Below are positions 18,623 through 27,358 of a stretch of 53,115 bases of DNA, piece after piece; position 1 is the stretch's first letter; every line of letters begins with the position of its first letter. Made by a program: the position numbers and the translations under genes. Source of the stretch: Eubacterium sp. (GTDB lineage Bacteria > Bacillota > Clostridia > Lachnospirales > Lachnospiraceae). The DNA is taken from the NCBI GenBank assembly GCA_022769785.1, contig JALEIY010000129.1, positions 1 to 53,115 of the forward strand. The letters are read 5' to 3'. The notes below the pieces were generated by a model that saw only the letters and a list, made by a program, of their open reading frames with translations, made no database searches and was not told the origin of the DNA.

Positions 18623-19803
18623 AGCAGGTATCCGTAAGAATTTCCACATACACGGCAGATGTATCCGGTGTGTGTTCGGCTCTTTATGAGTTGGGGGGAA
18701 TGGTAGTGATTCACGACCCTTCCGGATGTAATTCAACCTATAATACACACGATGAGCCAAGATGGTATGAACAGGACAGTCTGGTGTTTATTTCCGGATT
18801 ATCGGAGATGGATGCCATCATGGGAGATGATGAAAAACTGATTCGGGATATAGTCCGTGCGGTGAAACAATTTGCTCCGCGTTTTATTGCACTTGTGCGT
18901 ACACCGGTGCCGCTGATGATAGGAACGGATTTTGAGGCAATCAGTAAAATAATTGAACAGGAAACCGGGATTCCGGTATTTTATTTTGGAACAACCGGAA
19001 TGCGTTCCTATGTAAAAGGGGTGGAAGAAGCACTTGCTGTTGTGGCGAAACATATGGTAAAGGATGCCAGCCGGTGCATTCCGGAAAAAAAACGGGTGAA
19101 TCTGCTGGGGGTAACCCCTCTGGATTTTTCGGTAAATAAAACGATGGAATCGGTAAAACAATATTTGTGGCAAAACGGATGGGAAATCGTGAGTTGTTTT
19201 GCAATGGGAAGCAGCACAGAAGAACTGTCCGATGCAGGAAATGTCTGTGTGAATCTGGTGCTGTCCGCTTCCGGTCTTGCTGCGGCACGGGTTTTAAAGC
19301 AGCGTTTTGGAATTCCATATGTGGTCGGTTTGCCTTCCGGGGACTTTGGGAAAAAAGTCCTTGATGATTTAAACAAAAGTGCTGCCGATGGAAAAGACCG
19401 GGTGTCGTATTTTTCCTCGGAAGAAATAAACCCGGGAAAAAGAGAGGATGAGAATAGAAAGGTATATTTTATAGGAGAAACGGTGATTTCGAGGTCATTG
19501 GCGGAAACTATGAACATCCGTGAAAAAAGGGAAATTAAGGTGATTTGCCCGTTGGAAACAGACGGAGAACTTCTGGATGAAAAATGTGTTGTAAAATCCG
19601 GTGAAGAAGAGATGAAAGAAGAATTAATGCAGGCGGCAGTCGTCATAGCAGACCCCATGTACCGGCCGATTTGCCCACCGGAATGTCAGTTTATCTCTCT
19701 TCCTCATGAAGCTTTTTCCGGAAGAATTTACCGCAGACAGATTCCGGATTTGACAGAACTGTCCTTTTTATATAGGGAACAGAAAAATTCAGAAAGTTTC
19801 TGA
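18619..19803 (+). CDS. Nitrogenase component-1-like protein, K/N/BchB-type subunit, copy 2
   Basis: HDPSGC, LSEMDAIMGDD, TPVPLMIGTD, VNLLGVTP and FGIPY motifs; ATGA-coupled. Confidence 0.88.
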   Translation: MKQVSVRISTYTADVSGVCSALYELGGMVVIHDPSGCNSTYNTHDEPRWYEQDSLVFISGLSEMDAIMGDDEKLIRDIVRAVKQFAPRFIALVRTPVPLMIGTDFEAISKIIEQETGIPVFYFGTTGMRSYVKGVEEALAVVAKHMVKDASRCIPEKKRVNLLGVTPLDFSVNKTMESVKQYLWQNGWEIVSCFAMGSSTEELSDAGNVCVNLVLSASGLAAARVLKQRFGIPYVVGLPSGDFGKKVLDDLNKSAADGKDRVSYFSSEEINPGKREDENRKVYFIGETVISRSLAETMNIREKREIKVICPLETDGELLDEKCVVKSGEEEMKEELMQAAVVIADPMYRPICPPECQFISLPHEAFSGRIYRRQIPDLTELSFLYREQKNSESF

Positions 19804-19804
19804 A

Positions 19805-20854
19805 ATGAGGAAAGCAATGAATATTATAGAACAATTTATAAATCATCCGGATATGAGCCTCATGGAATATGAGCTTCTTGTGGAACAGGCAGGGAATCCG
19901 GAAGCAGTGAAAAGGCTTCAGGAAGAGGCACTTCGTATCAGAAGGCAATATTATGGTGATAAGGTATATATCAGAGGCTTGATTGAGTTCACAAATTATT
20001 GTAAAAATAACTGTTATTATTGTGGTATCCGAAGAGATAACAAATCTCTTCAGCGCTATCGCCTGACAAAAGAGCAGATTATGGAATGCTGTCAGAATGG
20101 ATATGACTTAGGGTTTCGCACCTTTGTCTTTCAGGGCGGGGAAGACCCATGGTTTACAGAAGACAGAATGGTTTCTCTGGTTCGTTCTGTTCATGAGGCA
20201 TGGCCGGATTGTGCCATTACCCTTTCTGTGGGAGAACTGCCAAAGGAAACCTATCGGGCATTAAAAAAAGCAGGAGCGGACCGATATCTGCTTCGGCATG
20301 AGACTGCCGATAAATCTCATTACGAAAGTCTCCATCCGGAAGGGATGAGCTTTTCAAACCGGATGCAATGCCTTCAGAATCTCAGGGCACTGGGCTATCA
20401 GGTCGGAGCCGGATTTATGGTAGGTTCACCGGGACAAAATAAGTTCCATCTTGCAAAGGAACTGTATTTTCTCAGTCACTTTAAGCCGGATATGGTTGGC
20501 ATAGGGCCTTTTATTCCACACCATAAGACAAGGTATAAAGAGGAACCGGCCGGGGCGGTCTCCATGACCCTGTTTTTATTATCTGTGATTCGTATTTTAC
20601 TTCCCAAAGTATTGCTGCCGGCGACAACGGCATTGGGGACTATAGACCCATACGGCAGAGAAAAGGGGTTATTGGCGGGAGCAAATGTCATAATGCCCAA
20701 TTTATCACCGGAAAAATACAGGAAAAACTATGCTCTCTATGATAACAAAATCTGTATGGGAGAAGAGGCAGCAAAATGTATTCGATGTCTGGAAAAAAGA
20801 GTGGCATCTGTTGGAGCACAGATTGTTGTTGACCGGGGTGACGTATGTAAATAA
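19805..20854 (+). CDS. hydE: HydE-family radical SAM protein ([FeFe]-hydrogenase maturase-like)
   Basis: RGLIEFTNYCKNNCYYC (CX3CX2C), RYLLRHET, GIGPFIPH, LPATTAL, GANVIMPN, YALY and C-terminal CX7CX2C. Confidence 0.88.
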   Translation: MRKAMNIIEQFINHPDMSLMEYELLVEQAGNPEAVKRLQEEALRIRRQYYGDKVYIRGLIEFTNYCKNNCYYCGIRRDNKSLQRYRLTKEQIMECCQNGYDLGFRTFVFQGGEDPWFTEDRMVSLVRSVHEAWPDCAITLSVGELPKETYRALKKAGADRYLLRHETADKSHYESLHPEGMSFSNRMQCLQNLRALGYQVGAGFMVGSPGQNKFHLAKELYFLSHFKPDMVGIGPFIPHHKTRYKEEPAGAVSMTLFLLSVIRILLPKVLLPATTALGTIDPYGREKGLLAGANVIMPNLSPEKYRKNYALYDNKICMGEEAAKCIRCLEKRVASVGAQIVVDRGDVCK

Positions 20855-20867
20855 GTGGAAAATTCTG

Positions 20868-20897
20868 TTGCAGAAAGTATTATGGGTGTAGTAAAAT
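20868..20897 (+). promoter_or_regulatory. Putative sigma-A promoter for the cytidylate-kinase-like gene
   Basis: TTGCAG-18-TAAAAT. It suggests the nif-like operon ends at hydE. Confidence 0.4.
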
Positions 20898-20954
20898 AAA
20901 CAGGCAGGAAGTACTGATAATTTCGAATATATAGATATTGTGGAGGCAGATATC

Positions 20955-21542
20955 ATGAAAAAAAATATCATTACAATAAGCAGAGAGTTCGGAAGTGGCG
21001 GAAGAACGATTGGAAAAAAAGTGGCGGAGAAACTTGGAATAGAATTTTACGACAGAGACCTTATTCGTAAAATGGTAGAAGAATCGGGACTGAAAGAAAA
21101 ATATGTGGAGCAGTATGCGGAATATGCACCATCGGCAGACCGCTTTGCTTATTCTTTTGTTGGTCTGGGTGAGGAAACCGTTTCTCCGCTGATGATTTTA
21201 TGGGAAGCAAAGAAAAAAGTAATTCAGGAATTTGCTCAAAACAGTGCCTGCGTGATTGTAGGAAACTGTGCAGATTATATTTTGAAGGACCGGGATGATT
21301 GCCTTAAGGTATTTCTTTATGCGGATGAAGCAACGAAAGAGAAACGTATTCGGGAAATATACGGAGAAGTTGGCCTGAAACAGAAGAATCATGTTCATGA
21401 CATGGATGTGAAAAGAGGAATCAATTATAATTATTTTACCGGTCAGGAATGGGGGCGTGCCCAAAATTATGATCTGGCTCTTAACAGAGGCTCACTTGGT
21501 ATTGATAAATGCGTAGAACTTATTATTGAGGCAGTAAAATAA
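20955..21542 (+). CDS. Cytidylate kinase-like family protein
   Basis: IITISREFGSGGRTIG, CVIVG, W(G)..NYDL motifs; RBS GGAGG. Confidence 0.88.
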   Translation: MKKNIITISREFGSGGRTIGKKVAEKLGIEFYDRDLIRKMVEESGLKEKYVEQYAEYAPSADRFAYSFVGLGEETVSPLMILWEAKKKVIQEFAQNSACVIVGNCADYILKDRDDCLKVFLYADEATKEKRIREIYGEVGLKQKNHVHDMDVKRGINYNYFTGQEWGRAQNYDLALNRGSLGIDKCVELIIEAVK

Positions 21543-21597
21543 AAGTTGTTGATTGTTTCAGGAAGTCTGGTACATAAAATATTTGTAAAAGGAGATT

Positions 21598-22614
21598 ATG
21601 ATGAAAATACTGGTTACCGGCGGAGCCGGATATATCGGAAGTCATACCTGTGTTGAACTGCTGGAGGCGGATTATGAAGTGGTTGTCGTGGATAATCTCT
21701 CTAATTCCAGTGAGGAAGCATTAAAACGGGTAGAAAAAATAACAGGGAAAACGCTGACATTTTATGAGGGAGATTTGCTCGATGCTCCTTTTCTGGACCG
21801 GGTATTTACAGCAGAGAAACCGGATGCGGTCATTCATTTTGCCGGATATAAGGCAGTTGGTGAATCTGTTGAAAAGCCTTTGGAATATTATCATAATAAT
21901 ATAACCGGAACACTTCTTCTTTGTGATGCCATGAGAAAGGCAGACTGTAAGAAAATAGTATTCAGTTCTTCGGCCACTGTATATGGGGATCCTGCCTTTG
22001 TACCGATTACGGAGGATTGCCCGAAGGGTGTGATAACCAATCCATACGGACAGACAAAAAGTATGATTGAGCAGATTCTTACAGATTTATGGGTGAGTGA
22101 CCAGGAATGGAATGTGACACTGCTTCGCTATTTTAATCCGATTGGGGCGCATAGTTCAGGGTTGATTGGGGAGGATCCGAAAGGAATTCCGAATAACCTT
22201 GTGCCGTATATTGCGAGAGTTGCAGTAGGAAAGCTGGAAAAGCTGGGGGTTTTTGGAGATGATTATGATACACCGGACGGTACCGGAGTCAGGGATTATA
22301 TTCATGTGACAGATTTGGCAGCCGGTCATGTCAGTGCACTTGCACATATGAAGAAGGGTGTGGAAGTATATAATCTGGGAACCGGATGTGGATACAGTGT
22401 ATTGGATGTGGTAAAAGCATATGGGAAGGCCTGCGGCAAAGAGATTCCGTATGAGATAAAAGACAGACGGCCTGGGGATATTGCCGTATGCTATTCCGAC
22501 CCGTCAAAAGCAGAAAGAGAGCTTGGATGGAATGCAATCCGGGGTATTGAGCAGATGTGTATAGATTCCTATCACTGGCAGTCCCTGAACCCGGATGGTT
22601 ATCAGACAAAATAA
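21598..22614 (+). CDS. galE: UDP-glucose 4-epimerase
   Basis: [30 protein letters not shown] and RDYIHV motifs. Confidence 0.97.
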   Translation: MMKILVTGGAGYIGSHTCVELLEADYEVVVVDNLSNSSEEALKRVEKITGKTLTFYEGDLLDAPFLDRVFTAEKPDAVIHFAGYKAVGESVEKPLEYYHNNITGTLLLCDAMRKADCKKIVFSSSATVYGDPAFVPITEDCPKGVITNPYGQTKSMIEQILTDLWVSDQEWNVTLLRYFNPIGAHSSGLIGEDPKGIPNNLVPYIARVAVGKLEKLGVFGDDYDTPDGTGVRDYIHVTDLAAGHVSALAHMKKGVEVYNLGTGCGYSVLDVVKAYGKACGKEIPYEIKDRRPGDIAVCYSDPSKAERELGWNAIRGIEQMCIDSYHWQSLNPDGYQTK

Positions 22615-22632
22615 AATGCACATTGGAATTCC

Positions 22633-22693
22633 GGCAGCCCTGCTTGCCAAACAGGCTGTATGAAAGCATGTATTGTGTTTTGCCGGGCTGCGG
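22633..22693. terminator. Imperfect hairpin between convergent galE and SDR genes
   Basis: GCAGCCC..AAACA pairs with TGTTT..GGGCTGC. Confidence 0.45.
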
Positions 22694-22712
22694 TTGTTTC
22701 CTTTGTGAGTTC

Positions 22713-23435
22713 TTATATCCATCCACCATCAAAACGCAGAATCTGCCCTGTAAGGTAAGAAGGAGACTCTGTAACCTGATAACAGAATTCGGCAGCTTCT
22801 TCCGGTGATGCAAAGCGTCCAAAAGGGATTTCCTCCATAAGTGTCCGGCGTTCTTCTTCTGTGAAGCACCGGTTCATTTCTGTATCAATTACGCCGAAGC
22901 TTACGGCATTTACTGAAATATCAGAGGGGGCAAGCTCTTTGGCAAGTGCTTTTGTCAGGGCATTAACCGCACCTTTTGAAGCGGAATACGCTGCCTCGCA
23001 GGAGGCTCCGACTTCGCCCCATACGGAAGAGATATTTAATATTTTCCCCTGATGGCGATGCACCATGGAAGGGATGACGGCACGACAGGTATAAAAAACG
23101 GAATCCAGATTCGTCTGCATGAGGGTATGCCACTGCGCAGAGGTCATTTCTGATAACAGACCAATGTGAGAGATACCGGCATTATTAATGAGCAAATCAA
23201 TTTGCCCAAAACGATTTTGGGCAATCTGGGCTAAACGGAATGCTGTTGCTTCGTCTCCTGCGTTACCAAAGCAGGCTTCAATCTGTGTCAGTGAGGAGAG
23301 CTCCCTGGCAGTGTCAAAAAGCGCCTGCTCATTGTGACCGCTGTTTATGATAAGATTCCAGCCCTTTTTTGCGTAAAGTCTGGCAATGGCATAGCCTATG
23401 CCTCTGGAAGCACCTGTGATTATGGCGGTTTTCAT
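22713..23435 (-). CDS. SDR-family oxidoreductase, FabG/YmfI-like
   Basis: TGASRGIG, NNAG and NISSVWG..GASCEAAYSASK (YxxxK). Confidence 0.9.
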   Translation of the reverse strand: MKTAIITGASRGIGYAIARLYAKKGWNLIINSGHNEQALFDTARELSSLTQIEACFGNAGDEATAFRLAQIAQNRFGQIDLLINNAGISHIGLLSEMTSAQWHTLMQTNLDSVFYTCRAVIPSMVHRHQGKILNISSVWGEVGASCEAAYSASKGAVNALTKALAKELAPSDISVNAVSFGVIDTEMNRCFTEEERRTLMEEIPFGRFASPEEAAEFCYQVTESPSYLTGQILRFDGGWI

Positions 23436-23658
23436 TTTTGTATCCTTCTTTCTATCATGGAATTATTCAGAGAACATCTGAAATACTGTTGTTCTACGAT
23501 GGGTATCCATACAAAAACTATATAATTATCTGTACAGATTTATAGATGATTATATAAGGTTTGTATTACTTTTTCCAGTTATTTTAGTGCTTTTGTCCTT
23601 GTTTAGAGAATTATAGGTCTGAGAATAAGGGCCTGAGAGACGGAATTACTGTAAAAAC

Positions 23659-23687
23659 TTGCAAATAAAAGAGAACTTTGATATACT
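23659..23687 (+). promoter_or_regulatory. Sigma-A promoter of the LCP gene
   Basis: TTGCAA-17-TATACT with extended TGn. Confidence 0.7.
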
Positions 23688-23715
23688 AAACAGATAAAAT
23701 TGGTATAGGAGGGCT

Positions 23716-25158
23716 ATGATGAAAAAGCCGAGTTTGATAAAACGCTTCTTCTCTTTTCTGTTAAAGATAGTCGTAGTGCTTGTTCTGATGGTTTTGATTG
23801 CGGTTGGTTCCTTTGAAGGAGTCACATACTATCTGACAGGAAGTCTGTATGATTTAAGAGATTTGGCAAAACAGGAAATCGAAGCGGAAAATCCCGCTGG
23901 GACAGAGACGGAAAGTGAAACAGAGGTAAATAATAAAAACATAAAATGCAGTGTATTGTTTGTAGAGAATGAAAATGGGACAGATGATTATTCTATTCTG
24001 AGTATGATAAATACAAAGTCCGGTGCGACAGATTTTATTCTGATTCCACTCCATGTCCAGGTGACGGTGGGAGGAGATTTGTTAAAGGATATTCAGGAAA
24101 AGATTCCGGAAGTAGGCAGTACAATAGATACGGATGATGTATCAAGAGTGTTTGGTGAAGAAAAATATCAGATGTTAACCCGGATTTATGAGAATATGAC
24201 CGGATTAACCATTGACCAATATAATGTGCTGACACAGAAAAAATTTGTCAGTCTTCTTAATATTGTCGGTGATGTAACTTATCAGTTGGATTCTGACCTT
24301 TCCTACAGGGATTCCGATAAAGTTCTTCACAGTATGGAAAAAGGAGAACACTCTTTGGATGGTGAGGATGCCATGATTATCATGAGCTATCATGATGGCT
24401 CGGATAAACAGGAGTCTGCCCGATTGGAAAGGAGTGCTGCTTATCTCGAAACATGGCTGAATAAACTGGTTGAACAGGGAAAAGGCGAAGAGTTCATTGA
24501 AAAGATTGAGAAATCTTCCGATGCCAGCGAAGGCAGAGACTATACGGAAGAGAAAAAAATATGGGAGAACATAAATGAAGACGGAATCACAGTACGAATC
24601 CTGCAGGGAGCAGAGACAAATGGAGTATTTACTATTGATACCCAGAAGGCAAAACTGCAGATTGCAACCCTGATAAAACAGGGAGAGGAATATAACAAGA
24701 CCAGTGATGATGGAGATTCTGTTATGTCAGAAGATGATGATTCCGATACGGCGGCCAGCTCGAGAGGATATTCCATAGAGCTCTATAATGCGGCTTATGT
24801 GTCCGGGCTTGCCGGAGAATGGGAAGATTTCCTGGAAGAACAGGGATACAGTATCAGCCTGATTGATTCTTATCAGGACGAAGGTCCGATTTCTCAGACA
24901 AGAATTATTGTCAGCCAGGAAGGACTGGGACAAGACCTGCTGAAGTATTTCCCGAATGCGGACATTCAGACCGGAGATATTGATACCGGTGGAGATATTC
25001 AGGTATATATTGGCACAGACAGCACGACTGTCGGAGGAGAGTCCGGTCAGAAGTATACCGGAGAAGATCAGGAAGACGAAGAGGACGAGGATCAGACGGA
25101 CAGCACACAAAATGGTGATTCATCCGGTTCATACAGCTTCGATACAGATTCTGAATAA
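23716..25158 (+). CDS. Membrane-anchored LCP (LytR-CpsA-Psr)-like protein with LytR C-terminal domain
   Basis: N-terminal TM helix; LCP-like core (FILIP, LLNIVGDV, GEHSLDGEDA); C-terminal IELYNAAYVSGLAG..GY..DIQVYIGTD; acidic tail. Confidence 0.72.
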   Translation: MMKKPSLIKRFFSFLLKIVVVLVLMVLIAVGSFEGVTYYLTGSLYDLRDLAKQEIEAENPAGTETESETEVNNKNIKCSVLFVENENGTDDYSILSMINTKSGATDFILIPLHVQVTVGGDLLKDIQEKIPEVGSTIDTDDVSRVFGEEKYQMLTRIYENMTGLTIDQYNVLTQKKFVSLLNIVGDVTYQLDSDLSYRDSDKVLHSMEKGEHSLDGEDAMIIMSYHDGSDKQESARLERSAAYLETWLNKLVEQGKGEEFIEKIEKSSDASEGRDYTEEKKIWENINEDGITVRILQGAETNGVFTIDTQKAKLQIATLIKQGEEYNKTSDDGDSVMSEDDDSDTAASSRGYSIELYNAAYVSGLAGEWEDFLEEQGYSISLIDSYQDEGPISQTRIIVSQEGLGQDLLKYFPNADIQTGDIDTGGDIQVYIGTDSTTVGGESGQKYTGEDQEDEEDEDQTDSTQNGDSSGSYSFDTDSE

Positions 25159-25189
25159 GTCCGGCTGGACGCACAGAAAGGACCAGGAT

Positions 25190-26011
25190 ATGAAAGAGCA
25201 TAATTACAAAAAAATTAATGTCCTTGGCATAGATGTGTCAGTAATGCGCCCGGAAAAAGCAGCGATTCTTTCCATGGATTTGATAAAAAACAGAGGATTG
25301 CATCGAGTATTTTTTCTTTCGGCCGGTGGTTCCCTATTTTGCCAGAATAATGCCTGGGCGGAGGAACTGGTACAGGCATCTGACATTGTGCTGACAGGAG
25401 ACAGGCATACGGAAATGGCAACCGCTCATCAACCATACAGTCAGTCGGAGGACGATGACCCCGGCAGGTTTGCGGATGAGTATTTCAAAAAGCTGTTTCA
25501 CCGGTTAAACAGAGAATATCGGGAAATATTTGCGGTGATGGAAACTTCGGAATATTTGGAGGCATTTCAGGATTATCTGAAAGAACAGTATCCGGGCATT
25601 TCTTTCCAGGGAATTGTGTATGAAGGAGAAACAGATGCGGAGTTTGGTAAGGTTGTCAATGAAATTAACGCATTAATCCCCGATGTAGTATTATTTTGTC
25701 TGCCGGTGGAGCAACAACTCCTATTTGTCCGGGACTATTTTACCATGATGAATACCCGATTATGTATTTGTATCGAATCTATGCATACACTTTTGCATAA
25801 AATGATTGGTTTCATACCGGGATGGGTAAGTGCTTTGCATCTGGAGCCTTTGTATCACAGGTTTACAGGCACCAGGAAAATACAGGATTTTATCATCGGT
25901 TCAATTTTTAAAAAGAAAGTTATGGACGATTCCGGTTCAGAATTTCAGCAAGATATCAGTAGAGAGGATATACAGGAACCAGAGGTTCCGGAAGAGAAAA
26001 AAGAAGATTAA
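25190..26011 (+). CDS. Divergent WecB/TagA/CpsF-family glycosyltransferase-like protein
   Basis: INVLGIDV, ASDIVL, YPGI, VVNEINALIPDVV and PGWVSALHLEPLY follow the TagA scaffold; RBS GAAAGGA. Confidence 0.7.
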   Translation: MKEHNYKKINVLGIDVSVMRPEKAAILSMDLIKNRGLHRVFFLSAGGSLFCQNNAWAEELVQASDIVLTGDRHTEMATAHQPYSQSEDDDPGRFADEYFKKLFHRLNREYREIFAVMETSEYLEAFQDYLKEQYPGISFQGIVYEGETDAEFGKVVNEINALIPDVVLFCLPVEQQLLFVRDYFTMMNTRLCICIESMHTLLHKMIGFIPGWVSALHLEPLYHRFTGTRKIQDFIIGSIFKKKVMDDSGSEFQQDISREDIQEPEVPEEKKED

Positions 26012-26268
26012 AGAAATATACTGCCGCAGAAGAACGAAGACACAGTAAAAAGTTGTCTCAGATATTCTGTGGCAGTTCATTTATCTATGAAATAAAATGT
26101 ATATGGGCAATTTGACGAAAAACGGATTTTATTTAGAAAAAATAAGAAATCAATAGCACTTTTTTATATATTTCCTCTTTTTTTTTTAGCTTTTTTGTAT
26201 TAGAATAACAAATAAGTCACAAACGAATCGGGAGTGAGACGAAGAGGAGAGAGAACAGGAGTGATATT

Positions 26269-27357
26269 ATGATTTCAAATCAGATTTTGCAGGATACTAT
26301 CGATGGCATTAAAGCGATTACGAGAATAGACCTTTGCGTGATGGATACCGAAGGAAAACCACTGGCTTCCACACTGGATGCAGTGGAAGAATATAAAGAA
26401 GCAGTTCTTGTGTTTGCGGAATCACTGGCAGAGAGTCAGATGCTGCAGGGGTATCAGTTCTTTAAAGTATTTGATGAGAATCAACTGGAATACATTATAT
26501 TAGTGAAGGGCGAGACTGACGATGTATATATGATTGGAAAAATGGCCGCCTTTCAGATTCAGAATCTTCTTGTGGCATATAAGGAGAGATTTGATAAAGA
26601 CAATTTCATTAAGAACCTGTTGCTCGACAATCTGCTGCTTGTTGACATTTATAATCGGGCAAAGAAGCTTCACATTGATGTAGATGTTCGACGCTCTGTT
26701 TTCATTATTGAAACACAGAATGATAAGGATAATAATGTATTTGAGACAGTACGTAATATTTTCTCGACCAAAACAAGAGATTTTATTACCGCGGTTGATG
26801 AAAAAAATATCATCCTGGTGAAAGAAGTAAAGAACGGAGAAGGATATCCGGAACTGAACAAGACGGCAGAAGCCATTGTGGACATGTTAAGAACGGAAGC
26901 CATGACAAAGGTACGGGTAGCATATGGTACGATTGTCAGTGAGATTAAAGAAGTATCCCGTTCCTATAAGGAAGCAAAGATGGCCATGGATGTCGGAAAG
27001 ATTTTCTATCCGGAGAATAATGTGGTGGCCTATAATCGCCTGGGAATCGGCCGACTGATTTATCAGCTTCCGCTTCCGCTGTGTAAAATGTTCATCAAGG
27101 AGATTTTTGAAGGACGCTCACCGGATGAATTTGATGAAGAAACTCTGACAACGATTAATAAATTTTTTGAGAACAGCCTGAATGTTTCTGAGACATCCAG
27201 ACAACTCTATATTCATAGAAATACTCTTGTTTATCGTCTGGATAAGCTTCAAAAGAGTACCAATCTGGACCTTAGAGTATTCGAGGATGCCATCACATTT
27301 AAAATTGCATTGATGGTTGTCAAATATATGAAATATATGGAAAGTATAGAATACTAA
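26269..27357 (+). CDS. CdaR/PucR-family transcriptional regulator
   Basis: C-terminal HTH NSLNVSETSRQLYIHRNTLVYRLDK. Confidence 0.92.
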   Translation: MISNQILQDTIDGIKAITRIDLCVMDTEGKPLASTLDAVEEYKEAVLVFAESLAESQMLQGYQFFKVFDENQLEYIILVKGETDDVYMIGKMAAFQIQNLLVAYKERFDKDNFIKNLLLDNLLLVDIYNRAKKLHIDVDVRRSVFIIETQNDKDNNVFETVRNIFSTKTRDFITAVDEKNIILVKEVKNGEGYPELNKTAEAIVDMLRTEAMTKVRVAYGTIVSEIKEVSRSYKEAKMAMDVGKIFYPENNVVAYNRLGIGRLIYQLPLPLCKMFIKEIFEGRSPDEFDEETLTTINKFFENSLNVSETSRQLYIHRNTLVYRLDKLQKSTNLDLRVFEDAITFKIALMVVKYMKYMESIEY

Positions 27358-27358
27358 A

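Noticed and set aside
8397-19803. Calling the cluster a true nitrogenase (nifHDK/nifEN)
   Set aside because: The subunits are short, the canonical P-cluster ligand set and FeMoco Cys275 appear absent, and the window has no nifB or nitrogen-regulatory genes.
19805-20854. PylB and pyrrolysine as an explanation for the pknB TAG
   Set aside because: The motifs and the TM1266 neighbour fit HydE. No pylS/C/D/T is in the window, and TAG ends other genes at plausible positions (1455, 13925, 32642).
7499-21542. The nif-like/hyp operon as a mobile island
   Set aside because: No integrase, transposase, tRNA or flanking direct repeats were seen, and composition looks similar to the flanks by eye (not computed).
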